Source of the DNA: an uncultured delta proteobacterium
GTDB lineage: Bacteria; Myxococcota_A; Polyangia; Polyangiales; Polyangiaceae
Direction: 5' to 3'
NCBI GenBank assembly: GCA_963696385.1
Contig: CAVOKF010000007.1
Coordinates: 1,184,001-1,248,000 of the forward strand
Length of the DNA: 64,000 nt
Shown: positions 19,615-29,816 of the stretch, piece by piece
Numbering within the stretch: position 1 is the first letter of the stretch
Layout of the letters: each line of letters opens with the position of its first letter
Notes under the pieces: model-generated
Told to the model about the DNA's origin: nothing
What the model saw: the letters and a program-made list of their open reading frames with translations, nothing else
Databases searched by the model: none
Position numbers and translations under genes: made by a program

Positions 19615-20079
19615 GGCGAGCTTGATGTTGGAGGGAGCGTCGTTCGCCTCGAGCGTGACCGAGTAGTTGCCATTCTCGGGCTTCACTTCCACAGTCACCC
19701 AGGTGTCGGGAAGCCAGAACGGGTCCTCGGGCAACGAGGCGTGGTCGAGCTTTCCGAGAAGCGCGCGTGCGCCGTGGCACTGCAGGATTCGCGTCATCCG
19801 GTCCGCCGAAACGCCTTCGGGCGGGCGGATGACCAGTTTGGCCCCATCGACGCGCCGCTCGGCGTCATTGCCGCCGTGGGTAAGAACGTGGGAATAAAGA
19901 GGCTCGGCCTGAATGACGGAGGCACTTTGCACGATCTGGAGCTCGGCGTCGCTCGCCTTGCCGGAGTCGCACTGGACGCGTTCAACCTCGGCAGCCTGAG
20001 TGGCGGGCGGAAGAGTGGCGGCGCAACCGACCATCGCCGGTAGAGCCAGCGGCAGGAGCCCGAGAAAGACTTTGTTCAT
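19552..20079 (-). CDS. Lipoprotein of unrecognised family, paralog 1
   Basis: MNKVFLGLLPLALPAMVGC lipobox, GAGGTG RBS; shares EP, GA, R.L.CH, DP[FY].LP..W with neighbours. Confidence 0.8.
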   Translation of the reverse strand: MNKVFLGLLPLALPAMVGCAATLPPATQAAEVERVQCDSGKASDAELQIVQSASVIQAEPLYSHVLTHGGNDAERRVDGAKLVIRPPEGVSADRMTRILQCHGARALLGKLDHASLPEDPFWLPDTWVTVEVKPENGNYSVTLEANDAPSNIKLAARAMAFAEAHPLRSSTSAVQ

Positions 20080-20103
20080 GATTTGCACCTCTGCGAAGTG
20101 CCT

Positions 20104-20119
20104 TACAAGCATCATGCCA
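20104..20119 (-). promoter_or_regulatory. Possible sigma54-like promoter for paralog 1
   Basis: TGGCATGATGCTTGTA (GG-N10-GT; -12 GC is GT). Confidence 0.4.
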
Positions 20120-20452
20120 AGATCGTTTCGACAAGAACCGGGCCGAAACATATCGGAAACGAAGTCTCAGGACGGGGCATGCTGGTGCGGCAGCCCGTTT
20201 CACTGGGACCGTTTGCGACGGACCGTCTCGTGGCCTCGGGCTCGAAAGGCAAGGGCCGCCTACCCTACATCTGGCTCCACCGGCATACGCGAGAACGTCC
20301 CACGCTGGGATTTCGCCTGAGAGCGCCCGCTCGCCCAGCAAGAACTCTATGCCGTTGAGGCCGGATGCTTGATATCCGGGTTTATTCCGCAACCCCCTTG
20401 TTTCGCGGTGATGGCATGTTCATGGTGTTCGACACGATTCTCGAGGTGCACC

Positions 20453-20958
20453 TTGAAAACAGCCGTTCTCGCGGTTCTCCCGATGGCAGCGCTGACCGTG
20501 GCTTGTGCGTCCGCATTTCCCCCGCGGAACAGGCCGCCGAGGTCGAACGAACTCAGTGCGATTCCGGCGCGGTTGCGGAGGGCGTCATTCGCTCGGTCAA
20601 GGTGATCGAAGCCGAGCCTCTCTATTCGTATTCGGCGTCGAACGCAGGCGACAACGACCTGAAGATCGTTGAAGGTGCCAAGATCGTCGTCAGGCCTCCT
20701 GAGGGGGTGTCTGCGGATAAGCTATTGAGAATCTTGCAATGCCACAGTGCTCAGGTGTTGCTTGGGCAGCGGGCCAACGTGGCCACCGACCCGTTTTGGT
20801 TGCCGGGCACGTGGCTGAACATCGATGTGAAGCCGGAGCACGGCAACTATGCCGTCACACTCGAAGCGGACACGGTTCGCGACAACCTCAAGGTCGCCGC
20901 GCACGCGATGGCATTTGGCAAGGCGCAGGCTCTCGCCGGTAACTCCATCGACCAATAA
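20453..20958 (+). CDS. Lipoprotein of unrecognised family, paralog 2; frameshift in C5 run at 20519-20523
   Basis: TTG 20453 gives MKTAVLAVLPMAALTVACASAFP; homology to paralog 1 continues in another frame (AEQAAEVERTQCDSG). Confidence 0.78.
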
Positions 20959-21018
20959 GCGGGGATACGGACGGAACCTCGATCAAGTCGGCGCCTTCGG
21001 TCGCCATCGAAACGGTCT

Positions 21019-22437
21019 CTACGGCGACGCCGGCGGACTGCGAGGCGCGGGCTTGACGGCGGCTTTGACGAATTTCAACGTCATCCGATCGCTTTCGCCG
21101 ATGGCCTTGTACTTTTCTCGGTCCTTGTCGCCGAGGCGCAGCGTCGGCGGCAGCGTCGAGACGCCTTCCGGATAATCCTTGGTATCGTTCGGATTGGCGT
21201 TGATCTCGGACTTGGCTGCGAAATCGAACCCCGCAGCCTGGATCTGGGCAATGGCCCATTTCTCGGGCACATATCCCTTCTTTGCGCTCTCGACGGGATC
21301 GGCGTCCGCCACGGCGCGATGCTCCTCGATCCCCAGAACGCCGCCCGGCTTGAGCACGCGGTGAATCTCCTCGAGCCAGGACGTGAGCGTCCCGTTGTTC
21401 TGCCACCCGTGCAGGCCGCGCATGACGATTACCAGGTCGAACGTGTCGTCGCTGCCGAGCTTGGGGGCCTTTGAATCGACCACGACCGTCTCGACCTTGC
21501 TGTAGATCTCCGGCGCCGTATCGAGCAATGCCCGGAAGCGCTGCCCTTCGAAGGTGTCGCGTGCATCGGGGGGGCCGTTCGGGTCGCCGCTCGTCGCGAC
21601 GTAGCGGCCGTGCTCGTGCAGCGCCGGGGCGAGCAGCTCCGTGTACCAGCCGTCGCCGGGCCCCACGTCGAGCACCGTCATCGTCGGCTTGAAACCGAAA
21701 AAAGAGAGGGTCTCGACCGGGTGACGGTACGTGTCGCGCTCGGCATCACCCGGATTGCGGTGCGCCCCTTTTGCGACCGCGGCGATCGCCGCCTTGCCGC
21801 TTGCGTACGTTTTGCCGGCAAGGGCCTTCGCCTCCGCATGGATCTGGGGTGTCCAGCGGTCGAGCTCGGCCTTGTGCTCGGCCTCCCACTTCGCACGATC
21901 TTCCTGAAGTTCGCGATTCCGCCTGACGGCACGGTGAGGACGAGCCACGTGACGCTCGGCCCGATCGAGGACCCTTCTGGCGTCGGCGATCGAGTCGATC
22001 GTCACGCGCACCGAGAAGCCGTCGCCTTCCGAATGCGTGTCGATGTCGAGCCAGCGATCGGGCAGCACGTACGGGTCGTCGTCCCGCACTTCGATCTGCC
22101 CGAGGATCGCTCGGACCTGATGGCATTCGAGGCTGCGCGTAATCTCTTCGGGTGCCTGGCCATGGCCGGCCGCTGGGAGCAGGTACATCCGAGCGCCCAT
22201 CAAGTTCGCACGTCGGTCGTTGCCCGACGGCACGATCGCGTTGTCCGGCTCCACGCGTTCGATCACCGCAGGAGCCATCAGCGTGGCGGCGGCGGCTTCT
22301 GAAGATGCCTTGCACTTGGGCTCGACCTCATGGGCCCGGTCGATCGCCGTTCGAGTGTCCGGCAAAATGGGCCCCAAGACGCTCCCGACGCTCCCGCAAC
22401 CGGCAAGCGTCAGACAGAAGGCGATTTCTTTACCCAC
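21019..22437 (-). CDS. Fusion: lipoprotein paralog 3 plus class I SAM-dependent methyltransferase
   Basis: LAGC lipobox, RSLECH and DPYVLPDRW, then RDTYRHPVETLSFFG, VLDVGPGDGWYT, LKPGGVL, SEINANPND, IGESDRMTLKF. Start uncertain. Confidence 0.8.
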   Translation of the reverse strand: MGKEIAFCLTLAGCGSVGSVLGPILPDTRTAIDRAHEVEPKCKASSEAAAATLMAPAVIERVEPDNAIVPSGNDRRANLMGARMYLLPAAGHGQAPEEITRSLECHQVRAILGQIEVRDDDPYVLPDRWLDIDTHSEGDGFSVRVTIDSIADARRVLDRAERHVARPHRAVRRNRELQEDRAKWEAEHKAELDRWTPQIHAEAKALAGKTYASGKAAIAAVAKGAHRNPGDAERDTYRHPVETLSFFGFKPTMTVLDVGPGDGWYTELLAPALHEHGRYVATSGDPNGPPDARDTFEGQRFRALLDTAPEIYSKVETVVVDSKAPKLGSDDTFDLVIVMRGLHGWQNNGTLTSWLEEIHRVLKPGGVLGIEEHRAVADADPVESAKKGYVPEKWAIAQIQAAGFDFAAKSEINANPNDTKDYPEGVSTLPPTLRLGDKDREKYKAIGESDRMTLKFVKAAVKPAPRSPPASP

Positions 22438-22622
22438 GGGGCCCGACTCTAGCCGATGTCCACCGAGGGGCCAGCCAAGCCACCCCGGCGGCCACATCGC
22501 AAAACGGTCGTGGAGCTCCGGGGCCGTGGCACACACGTCCCCAGGCTCGCGCCGTGAAGGCCGAACTCGACACCCGAGGCGAGCCTACGGCCGGCGCGAG
22601 CGTGAAGAAGATCGAGTCTCTC

Positions 22623-23300
22623 TCACTGCCCCGAAGCGTCAGAGGGGGCTCCATCCATCGACGAGCCTTCAGCCGGAGCATCCATGGCGGAACTGTCCGA
22701 AGACGCGCCGTCGGTGGACGAGCTCTCAGGAGACGCACCGTCCGTAGACGAGCTCTCAGAAGCCCCCCCGTCGGTTGAGGAGCTCTCAGGAGACGCTCCG
22801 TCGGTTGACGCGTCCTCTGAGGAGCTGCCCGCATCCGTGCCCGCTTCCGCCATCATGGCGAGGCAAGCGATGGGGTCCGGCGCTTGGACGCACGAGCAAT
22901 CCACGCCCGGCGGGTATTGGCTCGCGGGCAGCGGTCCGTAATTGACGGGCGCCGGATAATTCTCTCCCATAATGCACGGACACAACGGCGATTGGTTCGC
23001 CGTGGTGCACGACGCGAAGATGATGGAGAGCGCGCCCCCGGCGCAGCCGGGCTGACAAAACGCGTTGCTGCTCATGCCCGACACGGGACAACAATAGGTT
23101 TCCGGACAATCGGTCACCGGTCCGCAAACGAGATCGCTGCTGGCGCAGTCGTTGTGGCTGAGGGCCATCACACAGCGATCGCCTTCGTGTCCCTCGTTGC
23201 ACCCCGCCGCGGCGAGAGCCAGCGCGGCCGCCACGGCCCAAAGCAGGCGCTCGACCCGAGCGCGGCCGACCTCACGAGTAGAAAAAGCCGACGTTTTCAT
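22623..23300 (-). CDS. Cys-rich lipoprotein with Ser/Asp-rich repeat tail
   Basis: LALAAAGC lipobox, more than 10 Cys, C-terminal SSTDGASPES repeats. Confidence 0.7.
   Translation of the reverse strand: MKTSAFSTREVGRARVERLLWAVAAALALAAAGCNEGHEGDRCVMALSHNDCASSDLVCGPVTDCPETYCCPVSGMSSNAFCQPGCAGGALSIIFASCTTANQSPLCPCIMGENYPAPVNYGPLPASQYPPGVDCSCVQAPDPIACLAMMAEAGTDAGSSSEDASTDGASPESSSTDGGASESSSTDGASPESSSTDGASSDSSAMDAPAEGSSMDGAPSDASGQ
22701..22820. repeat. 30-bp imperfect tandem repeat x4
   Basis: AGACGCnCCGTCGGTnGACGAGCTCTCAGG-like units. Confidence 0.85.
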
Positions 23301-23363
23301 GCCGCCTCTCTGGATGGACCTGGAAACACGGAAAGTGCTTTTCTTGGTATGCATGGTGTCGCC

Positions 23364-24972
23364 TCAAAATCGCACGAGGGCGGCGAAAATAATCCGGTCG
23401 TCGTTTTTGACCAGATCCGGCCTCCAGCCCGTCGGTACCGGGGTGGTGATGTAGCCGTCGGGCGACGTGACGCCGCCGTGGCCCGCAAAGTACGGCACGT
23501 TCGCCCCGCGGTGGTTCCACTCGACGCTGTAGGTGACCTGCTCGATCGGCATGTACTGGAAGCCGAAATCGTAGTCCACGCCGTCGAACTTGGCGCCGGG
23601 GTTGTAGTCGTAGGGATTGGTCGCAGGGGTGTAACTGACGCCATCCACGCTCAAGTTTTGGGGGACCCCCGACGCCTGGCCGGTCGGCGCGAGGAGCAGG
23701 TAGCGGCTCGGCATGTGCACGAAGCCACCTCCGAACGTGAACGCGAGGTGATCGCCGAACCAGGTGCGGTGGTAGGCCATCCCGCTCAAAAACTGCGATG
23801 TGCACGGGGTCTTGGTGGTGCAGTGCCCCTCGGTGCCGCTTCCGCCGAACGCGGTCACCCCGTCGCCTTGCTGCCCTCCAATGTCGAACGTCCACGATTC
23901 CGCCATCTTCGTGATGAACCCCCCGCTCGGGTTATCGTAGAGTTTAATGGTTGCGCTGTTGTCGCTGTGGAAGCGAAGCTGTCCCGGGTTGTCCTGGGTG
24001 TCCCATCCGACGTACTGGTTGGCAAGCACCGAGACCCACTCATTGGGTCGCCAGAGGATTTGGTCGCCGAACCCCGGCATCTCGTTGAACACGCCGTACG
24101 TTTGCCACCCGTTGATCGAACCACGGCTCGATCTTGAGCCTGTCGCTCGGAAAAATTTGGATGCGCACCCCGTTGAAAAACCAGGGCGTCATATCGGACG
24201 TGTACGACGCCAGGTAATTCCAGTTTTCGAAGTTGTCGTATGAAAACAGTCCCACGTACGACATGAAAATACCGGCGTCGATGTTGATGCCGTTGAGTAC
24301 GTCGAGGTGCACGCCGCCGTTCGCTTCGCTGATGTACCGGAAGGCGTCTTGCAAGTCGAACTGACCGCGAAATGTGCTGAAGTCGTTGCGGGGCACGAGC
24401 TCCGACCGAATGCCGAACTGAGTCAACAGCCGGGCGCGCGCATTTTTGTAGTGAAAGTCCCCTCCAAACCCGACGAAAGCGAGCGTGACTTCGTTGTCGC
24501 GGGACAGCGCCGTCGAGCCGACGACCGTGTCGTCGATGGGATGGTCGAGCGACGATGTATAGTTGACGTCGAGAAGGAAGGTGCCGGTAAATATGTCGCT
24601 GTCGAGGAGCGCCTTGTGCTGGCGGTTCGTGCCGTTGAGCCAGGTGAAGTCCCCATACGCGAAGGGCTCCGCGGGTTTCTCCTTGGTAGGGGCAGGCCCT
24701 TCGGCGGGCTCACTGGGAGGCGGGGGCGCATACGGCATGGCCGGCGATGGCGCGGCCGTGACGGGGGGCGCTGGCGCCGGAGCTGGCGGCGCCGTGGGGG
24801 CGGGTGCCGTGGGGGCAGGTGCCATGGCCGCAGGGGGCGCGGTGGGTGCAGCGGCCGACGGCGGCGCCTCGGGGGCAGGTGGTCGAGCGAGCGACGTGCC
24901 CTCGGACAGCACGATACAGGCGATCGTGCCGACCCATGCGCTGTGAGTGCGCAGCGAACTAAAGCGAACCAT
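23364..24972 (-). CDS. Outer-membrane beta-barrel porin (BBP2/OmpL-like); 1-nt frameshift near 24117
   Basis: Signal peptide, Pro-rich linker, IDAGIFMSYVGLFSY, TPWFFNG; IEPW continues as INGWQTYG in the next frame; C-terminal Phe. Confidence 0.82.
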
Positions 24973-25120
24973 GCATTTGACTCCTCAGTGGGGTCGCGAA
25001 TGGAACGTGAGCATCGCGACGTCGTGGGCGAGAAGAGTGGCGGGTGATGACAGAGCGCCACGCCCTCAACAAGGAACGTTTGAGGATGTGTCGCATGCGC
25101 CGGACTCTAGAGGCATACGT

Positions 25121-25137
25121 TCTAAAAATTCGCTAAA
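25121..25137 (-). promoter_or_regulatory. Putative KdpE-type box upstream of porin
   Basis: Minus strand TTTAGC-GAATT-TTTAGA in an AT-rich patch about 150 bp upstream of the porin ATG. Confidence 0.55.
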
Positions 25138-25482
25138 TAGGCTCTCTATTGTAATCAATATTCCGTGACAATCGATGTCCGGGTACGGCGCGTGAGACAT
25201 GGAGATACCGTAGCGAAACATTCATGACATGCACATTGCACGGTCGGCCAAAGCAAACGACCGAACGGGCGTGCCGAACACCGGGTGACGAATTCCGTCA
25301 AGGCGCGCTGCGCATCGGTCGACGCGCCACATGGGAGGGAGGGATGGGACGGATCGCAAACAGCGATCGTCTGCTGGCGTGACGGCTCACCTCGTGCTCG
25401 ACCCTGGGTCCGATGTCCTCTCCCGAGCTCCCCTGAGACGGGGCACGAGCCCATGCCGCTGGAGCGGATCGGTGGACATCAT

Positions 25483-25881
25483 CTACCGATGGCCGCTCGA
25501 ACACTTCCAGGAGAACCCCAATTCGAGTCGACGGATGACATAACCAGAAGAACGCCTTCTTTCCTTTGGGGTCGAACGTTCGCAACGACGCAGTTTTCCT
25601 TTGCAAGCCATGGCCGGCAGCTCGCAGTCGAGCAGCACGAGGTCGGCAGAAGGACCGCTCGCCCGTGCAAGCGCCTCGCCGCCCATTGCGGCTCCGATGA
25701 CTCGGAGGCCCTCCGAGCCGAGCACCCCACCCAGACACGGGCACATGGGGGCGTCCTCTTCAAGGACCCGCACGCGCGGCAACTGAGGCCCATCGGCCGA
25801 CTTTGACAGCGGGTCGACAGGGTGGGGGCGCCCGTCCGGAACGCACGGGCGGCTGCGGCGGTGGGTCGGGTTTGCACACAC
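25483..25881 (-). pseudogene. Degenerate receiver-domain (kdpE-like) remnant
   Basis: VRVLEEDAPMCPCLGGVLGSEGLRVIGAAMGGEALARASGPSADLVLLDCELP aligns with KdpE ILVVEDDARMRKYL...PDFVVLDFGLP, then similarity is lost. Confidence 0.6.
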
Positions 25882-26257
25882 GTGACGCTAAGCGAACCCG
25901 TCCTGCAGGAGATGTAAAAAAAGCCCGCTTTTTTGTGTATTACATATAAATGATCCGGCTTGCGTCGGAGCCCGCCTTACGACGAGAACGGAAGCAATAT
26001 CGATGAGATCGACGTGGCTCACGGGGAGCGCAGGGAGCCCTTCGTGGCCCGATGCGTCGGGCGCTGCGATCGCTCGGGGCAACCGTCTGCCACGAGACCT
26101 TGCGCGGATGCAGACCACGCTCTTGAGCCACAGCGGCCACTGGGCCTGGGTTCGGTCGCGAACGTGAGCGCCTCCTTGCTCGCCCAGCGGCTCATGGAAT
26201 ACCTTGGAGCACCTCTTAGCCCGCACAGCAGCTCACGGCGCAGCTTCGCCGCTCGAC

Positions 26258-27178
26258 ATGAACCTACCGTCTTTGAAACTGACCCGTACTCTTGCCAGGA
26301 CCCTCCTCGTCGTGCAGAGCGTTGCCGCGAGTGCGTTCGGTCAGAGCCCTCCGCAGGGGCCCGCGACAGCCCCCTCATCGGCCCCATCCGCCGCGCGCTC
26401 TCCGGCAACGGCCCCCTCATCCGCCCCGACCAGCGCGCCCTCACCCGCCACAGGCCCCTCCCCTCTCTTCACCGTGGTGCCGCCGCCCCCAATCGTGCCG
26501 CTGCGTCTGCTCGTCCCCGTGCCCGTTCCCGCCGCGAAGCCTGGACCTTCGACCCCGTCCCGCCCCGCTGCGGTACCCGCCCCCGCCCCCACCCCCACAC
26601 CCCCCGCCGGGGTCGAGATTCATTTCGACGCGAACCAAGAAGGCGTCGCTCTGGCGTGGCGCCGCGACAACCCGGCGCGAGCGCAAGACACGTACAAATA
26701 CGTCGCGGATGACTCCGGCGACCTTTGCATTGCCCCGTGCGACACACGATTGCCACAGGCCAAACTGAGGATGGCCCTCTCGCTTCGAGGCGACGATCCC
26801 GTCGAAGTCAAAGAGCCCGTGATGGTGTCCGCGGCGACGACGTTGAGGGGCACCTACCTGTCCCAAGGCAAGACGCGCGCGCTCGGCATCCTGGCCATCG
26901 TCGGCGGCATCGTATCCGGCGCCCTATTGGACGCGATCGGAGTGACCGTCGCGACAGAAAACAATCCGTGGTCCGGCTGGCTGGTCTTCGGAATCGGCAA
27001 CGCCCTTGGGATCGGCGCCGTCGTCGTGGGAACGGTCCTTGTGCTCAAGAAGGATACCGCCACGATTGAGGTCATGCCGCAGACCATCGCGCCCGTCGGG
27101 GCGACGTTGGGGTGGAGCCCCGAGCGCGTCGCGGGGCTCACGGCAGGCGAGGGGCTCGTGCTGCGGGTGCGGTTCTAA
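26258..27178 (+). CDS. Hypothetical exported/membrane protein with Pro-rich linker
   Basis: Signal peptide, Pro-rich region, LCIAPC, two TM segments, GLVLRVRF end. Confidence 0.7.
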   Translation: MNLPSLKLTRTLARTLLVVQSVAASAFGQSPPQGPATAPSSAPSAARSPATAPSSAPTSAPSPATGPSPLFTVVPPPPIVPLRLLVPVPVPAAKPGPSTPSRPAAVPAPAPTPTPPAGVEIHFDANQEGVALAWRRDNPARAQDTYKYVADDSGDLCIAPCDTRLPQAKLRMALSLRGDDPVEVKEPVMVSAATTLRGTYLSQGKTRALGILAIVGGIVSGALLDAIGVTVATENNPWSGWLVFGIGNALGIGAVVVGTVLVLKKDTATIEVMPQTIAPVGATLGWSPERVAGLTAGEGLVLRVRF

Positions 27179-27207
27179 CCGAAAGGGCCGGACCCTTCGC
27201 GGGCCGC

Positions 27208-28824
27208 CTACTCGAGCGAGTCGGCCAATTCGTTGATGTACACCTCGAGATTCGTGTAACCGGTGCATAAGGTCTCTTCGAGGGCGTCGGAAGCGTCGGT
27301 GGCGCTCAGGCCATGAGAGGTCTCCCACGCATCCGGGATCCCGTCGCTGTCCGTGTCCACGGGCGCGGTGCCCCCCGTGATGGTGCCATAGCCGCCATTG
27401 GCGAGGTTGGTCGCGGCTTGCGTCGTCCACAGGCTGCCCGTCTTGCCGAGAGACGTCACGTCGGCGATCACCGACGTGTCCACCTGGTCGCGGGGCAGCG
27501 CGCCGGCGTGCGCCACGTCGTAGGCATAGGCCTGCGCGGCGGTGGCGGTCGCGAGCGACGTCGTCGTCGGTGCCCACGGTGCGGTAAGCGCCGTCGATCC
27601 CATCGCGACGATCGTCGTTCCACTCAAGGTGCCGTCCTTGTTGTTGTCGATCTCGTTGCCGGAGCTGTACACGGACTGATTGCTCATCTGGAAGAACGCA
27701 TCGGCTGCGCTCGTGGTCGAGGGACCGGTGATGAGGTAGTTGTTGACGATGTCGTGCGTGAAATCTCCGGACGAATCGCCCGCCGTGTAGCCCGCCTGAA
27801 AGTTGTAAATCACGTTGTTGATGAACTGCGTATTGCCCTTCGCGAGCGGGTTGCGGTTGTGGGCACTCGACCAGACGTTTTCGTACCACGTGACACTGGT
27901 GCTCGTGGCGTGGGCGTTGAACTGCTGTCCGATCGGATCCGCGATGATCGACCGCTGCATCGTGACGTCCATGCCGGCGTTGATGTCGCAGTTATCCCAC
28001 TTGCCGAACTCGATGGACACATGGTCGAGGATGAGCTGCATCGAACTGTCGGCGGACAAGGAGCTCTTGCCCGTATCGGGATCGTCTGTGCCCTCACGAA
28101 AGCGCATATGCCGGACGATGATGTTCGACGAGTTGCTGAACGACACTTCGGCCGCTTGAACGGCGATCCCACCACCCGGTGCCGTTTGGCCCGCGAGGGT
28201 CAGATCCCCGGAGACACTCAGCGGAGAAGCGAGCTGGATCGCGCCTCCGACGGAGAAGACGATGACGCGGTGGCCGACGCTGACGGCATCGCGCAACGAT
28301 CCGGTCCCCGAGTCGTTCAGGTTGGTCACGTAAACCGCGGCGCTACCCCGACCGCCGGTCGCGGTGGCTCCGAAGCCGACGGCTCCGGGGAACGCCACCG
28401 CAGGACCGCTCGGACACGCCACCGACGCATCGGCGGCGAGGGTGGATCCGCCGCCGGGCGAGCCCGTCGAGGCATCGTCACCGACCGGGGTGCTGCTGGA
28501 GCCCGAGGACGAGGGCCCGGTCGAAGTCGAAGTCGAAGTCGAAGACGACGACGAAGCGTTTCCGCTCGACGCGGAGCTCGTGGCGGAGCTCGACTGCGTG
28601 CCCGTATGGGGGCCCCCCGCGCTGCTGCTGGCGGCGCTTTGAGTCGCGGGAGTCGTCGCGCTTGGGGCTGTCGCGGTCTGAGTCGCCGTGCCGGCGGAGG
28701 TTGGATTGTTCGAAGTCGCACTGTTCGAAGTCGAACCGGATCCGCTCGTTGCCGACGTCGGCCCTTGACCGCATGCGCCGACTGCGATGCCCCCGAGTGC
28801 CACGAGCGCCGCGAAACGAATCAT
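27208..28824 (-). CDS. Pectate lyase (PL1-like) lipoprotein
   Basis: AVGAC lipobox, Ser/Thr linker, AFPGAVGFGATATGGRG, VTNLNDSGTGSLR, GQTAPG, ILDHVS, RNP, DTDSDGIPDAWE. Confidence 0.88.
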   Translation of the reverse strand: MIRFAALVALGGIAVGACGQGPTSATSGSGSTSNSATSNNPTSAGTATQTATAPSATTPATQSAASSSAGGPHTGTQSSSATSSASSGNASSSSSTSTSTSTGPSSSGSSSTPVGDDASTGSPGGGSTLAADASVACPSGPAVAFPGAVGFGATATGGRGSAAVYVTNLNDSGTGSLRDAVSVGHRVIVFSVGGAIQLASPLSVSGDLTLAGQTAPGGGIAVQAAEVSFSNSSNIIVRHMRFREGTDDPDTGKSSLSADSSMQLILDHVSIEFGKWDNCDINAGMDVTMQRSIIADPIGQQFNAHATSTSVTWYENVWSSAHNRNPLAKGNTQFINNVIYNFQAGYTAGDSSGDFTHDIVNNYLITGPSTTSAADAFFQMSNQSVYSSGNEIDNNKDGTLSGTTIVAMGSTALTAPWAPTTTSLATATAAQAYAYDVAHAGALPRDQVDTSVIADVTSLGKTGSLWTTQAATNLANGGYGTITGGTAPVDTDSDGIPDAWETSHGLSATDASDALEETLCTGYTNLEVYINELADSLE

Positions 28825-28976
28825 AGAAACACCTTAAGGCCCAAAAACGGCCTTTGACAGTATGGCGGAGCGATCCGCATGCTTCAAGGCTTCACGGACG
28901 CGGCACCGCGGGGGGAATTCGACAGTGTGGCTGGTTGAAACGGCCCCCCGGACCGTCGAGACGCCGAAGGGCCCGT

Positions 28977-29098
28977 GCGCTGTCGCTCGCGAAGACGCGC
29001 TGTCGCTCGCGAAGACGCGCTGTCGCTCGCGAAGACGCGCTGTCGCTCGCGAAGACGCGCTGTCGCTCGCGAAGACGCGCTGTCGCTCGCGAAGACGC
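28977..29098. repeat. Perfect 20-bp tandem repeat x6 (GCGCTGTCGCTCGCGAAGAC)
   Basis: Six identical contiguous units with no spacers, intergenic. Confidence 0.97.
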
Positions 29099-29501
29099 AA
29101 GGGAGAGAACTTCTCGACGGGGATCGAACGCATCCAGCGCTCGCGATCGCCGGCTTTCCAACGTTGCGGACCCGACGCGGTCGCTCGATCCACCCGCGAT
29201 CGGCATCCGTGTCGAAGCGACGCCGGGCGATCGCGGATGAGCCGACCCTATCGTTGGGCGGCCTCAGGCTCGACGCGGTCCGGCACCGTTCGCGCTCGCG
29301 ACGATCGAACGCGCGGCTGGCGCCCGCGCAAACTCGCAAACGATCGGCGCGCGCGATCGGGCACCTTGCGCGTCGGCCGTTCGGGCACTATTTAGTGGCT
29401 GCACCGAACAGCGTTCACCGTGCACGACGACGCTCTCTCGATTCTGGGATTCGCGAAGTTGCAGGACGGCAACGACGCCAAGCGAAATCGAGAATAATAT
29501 C

Positions 29502-29801
29502 ATGGGCAATCGTCTCTATGTGGGCAACCTTTCGTTTCAATCGAACAGCGACTCGATTCGCACGACGTTCGCAGCGTTCGGCTCGGTCACGGACGTGCAC
29601 GTCGTGATGGATCGCGAGTCGGGTCAATCCCGTGGCTTCGCGTTCGTAACCATGGGCTCCGCGCAAGAGGCGGCAAAGGCCATCTCCCAGATGAACGGCG
29701 CGACCCTCGACGGGCGAGAGCTCCGGGTGAACGAAGCGGAAGAGCGTCCGAGCCGTGGTGGTGGTGGTGGCGGTGGTGGCGCCAAGCGGGAGCGCTGGTA
29801 A
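29502..29801 (+). CDS. RRM RNA-binding protein with Gly-rich tail
   Basis: LYVGNL (RNP2), RGFAFVTM (RNP1), LRVNEA. Confidence 0.95.
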   Translation: MGNRLYVGNLSFQSNSDSIRTTFAAFGSVTDVHVVMDRESGQSRGFAFVTMGSAQEAAKAISQMNGATLDGRELRVNEAEERPSRGGGGGGGGAKRERW

Positions 29802-29816
29802 TAGAGAGGCGCACCG

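Noticed and set aside
28977..29098. CRISPR array
   Set aside because: Units are contiguous with no spacers, and no cas genes are present.
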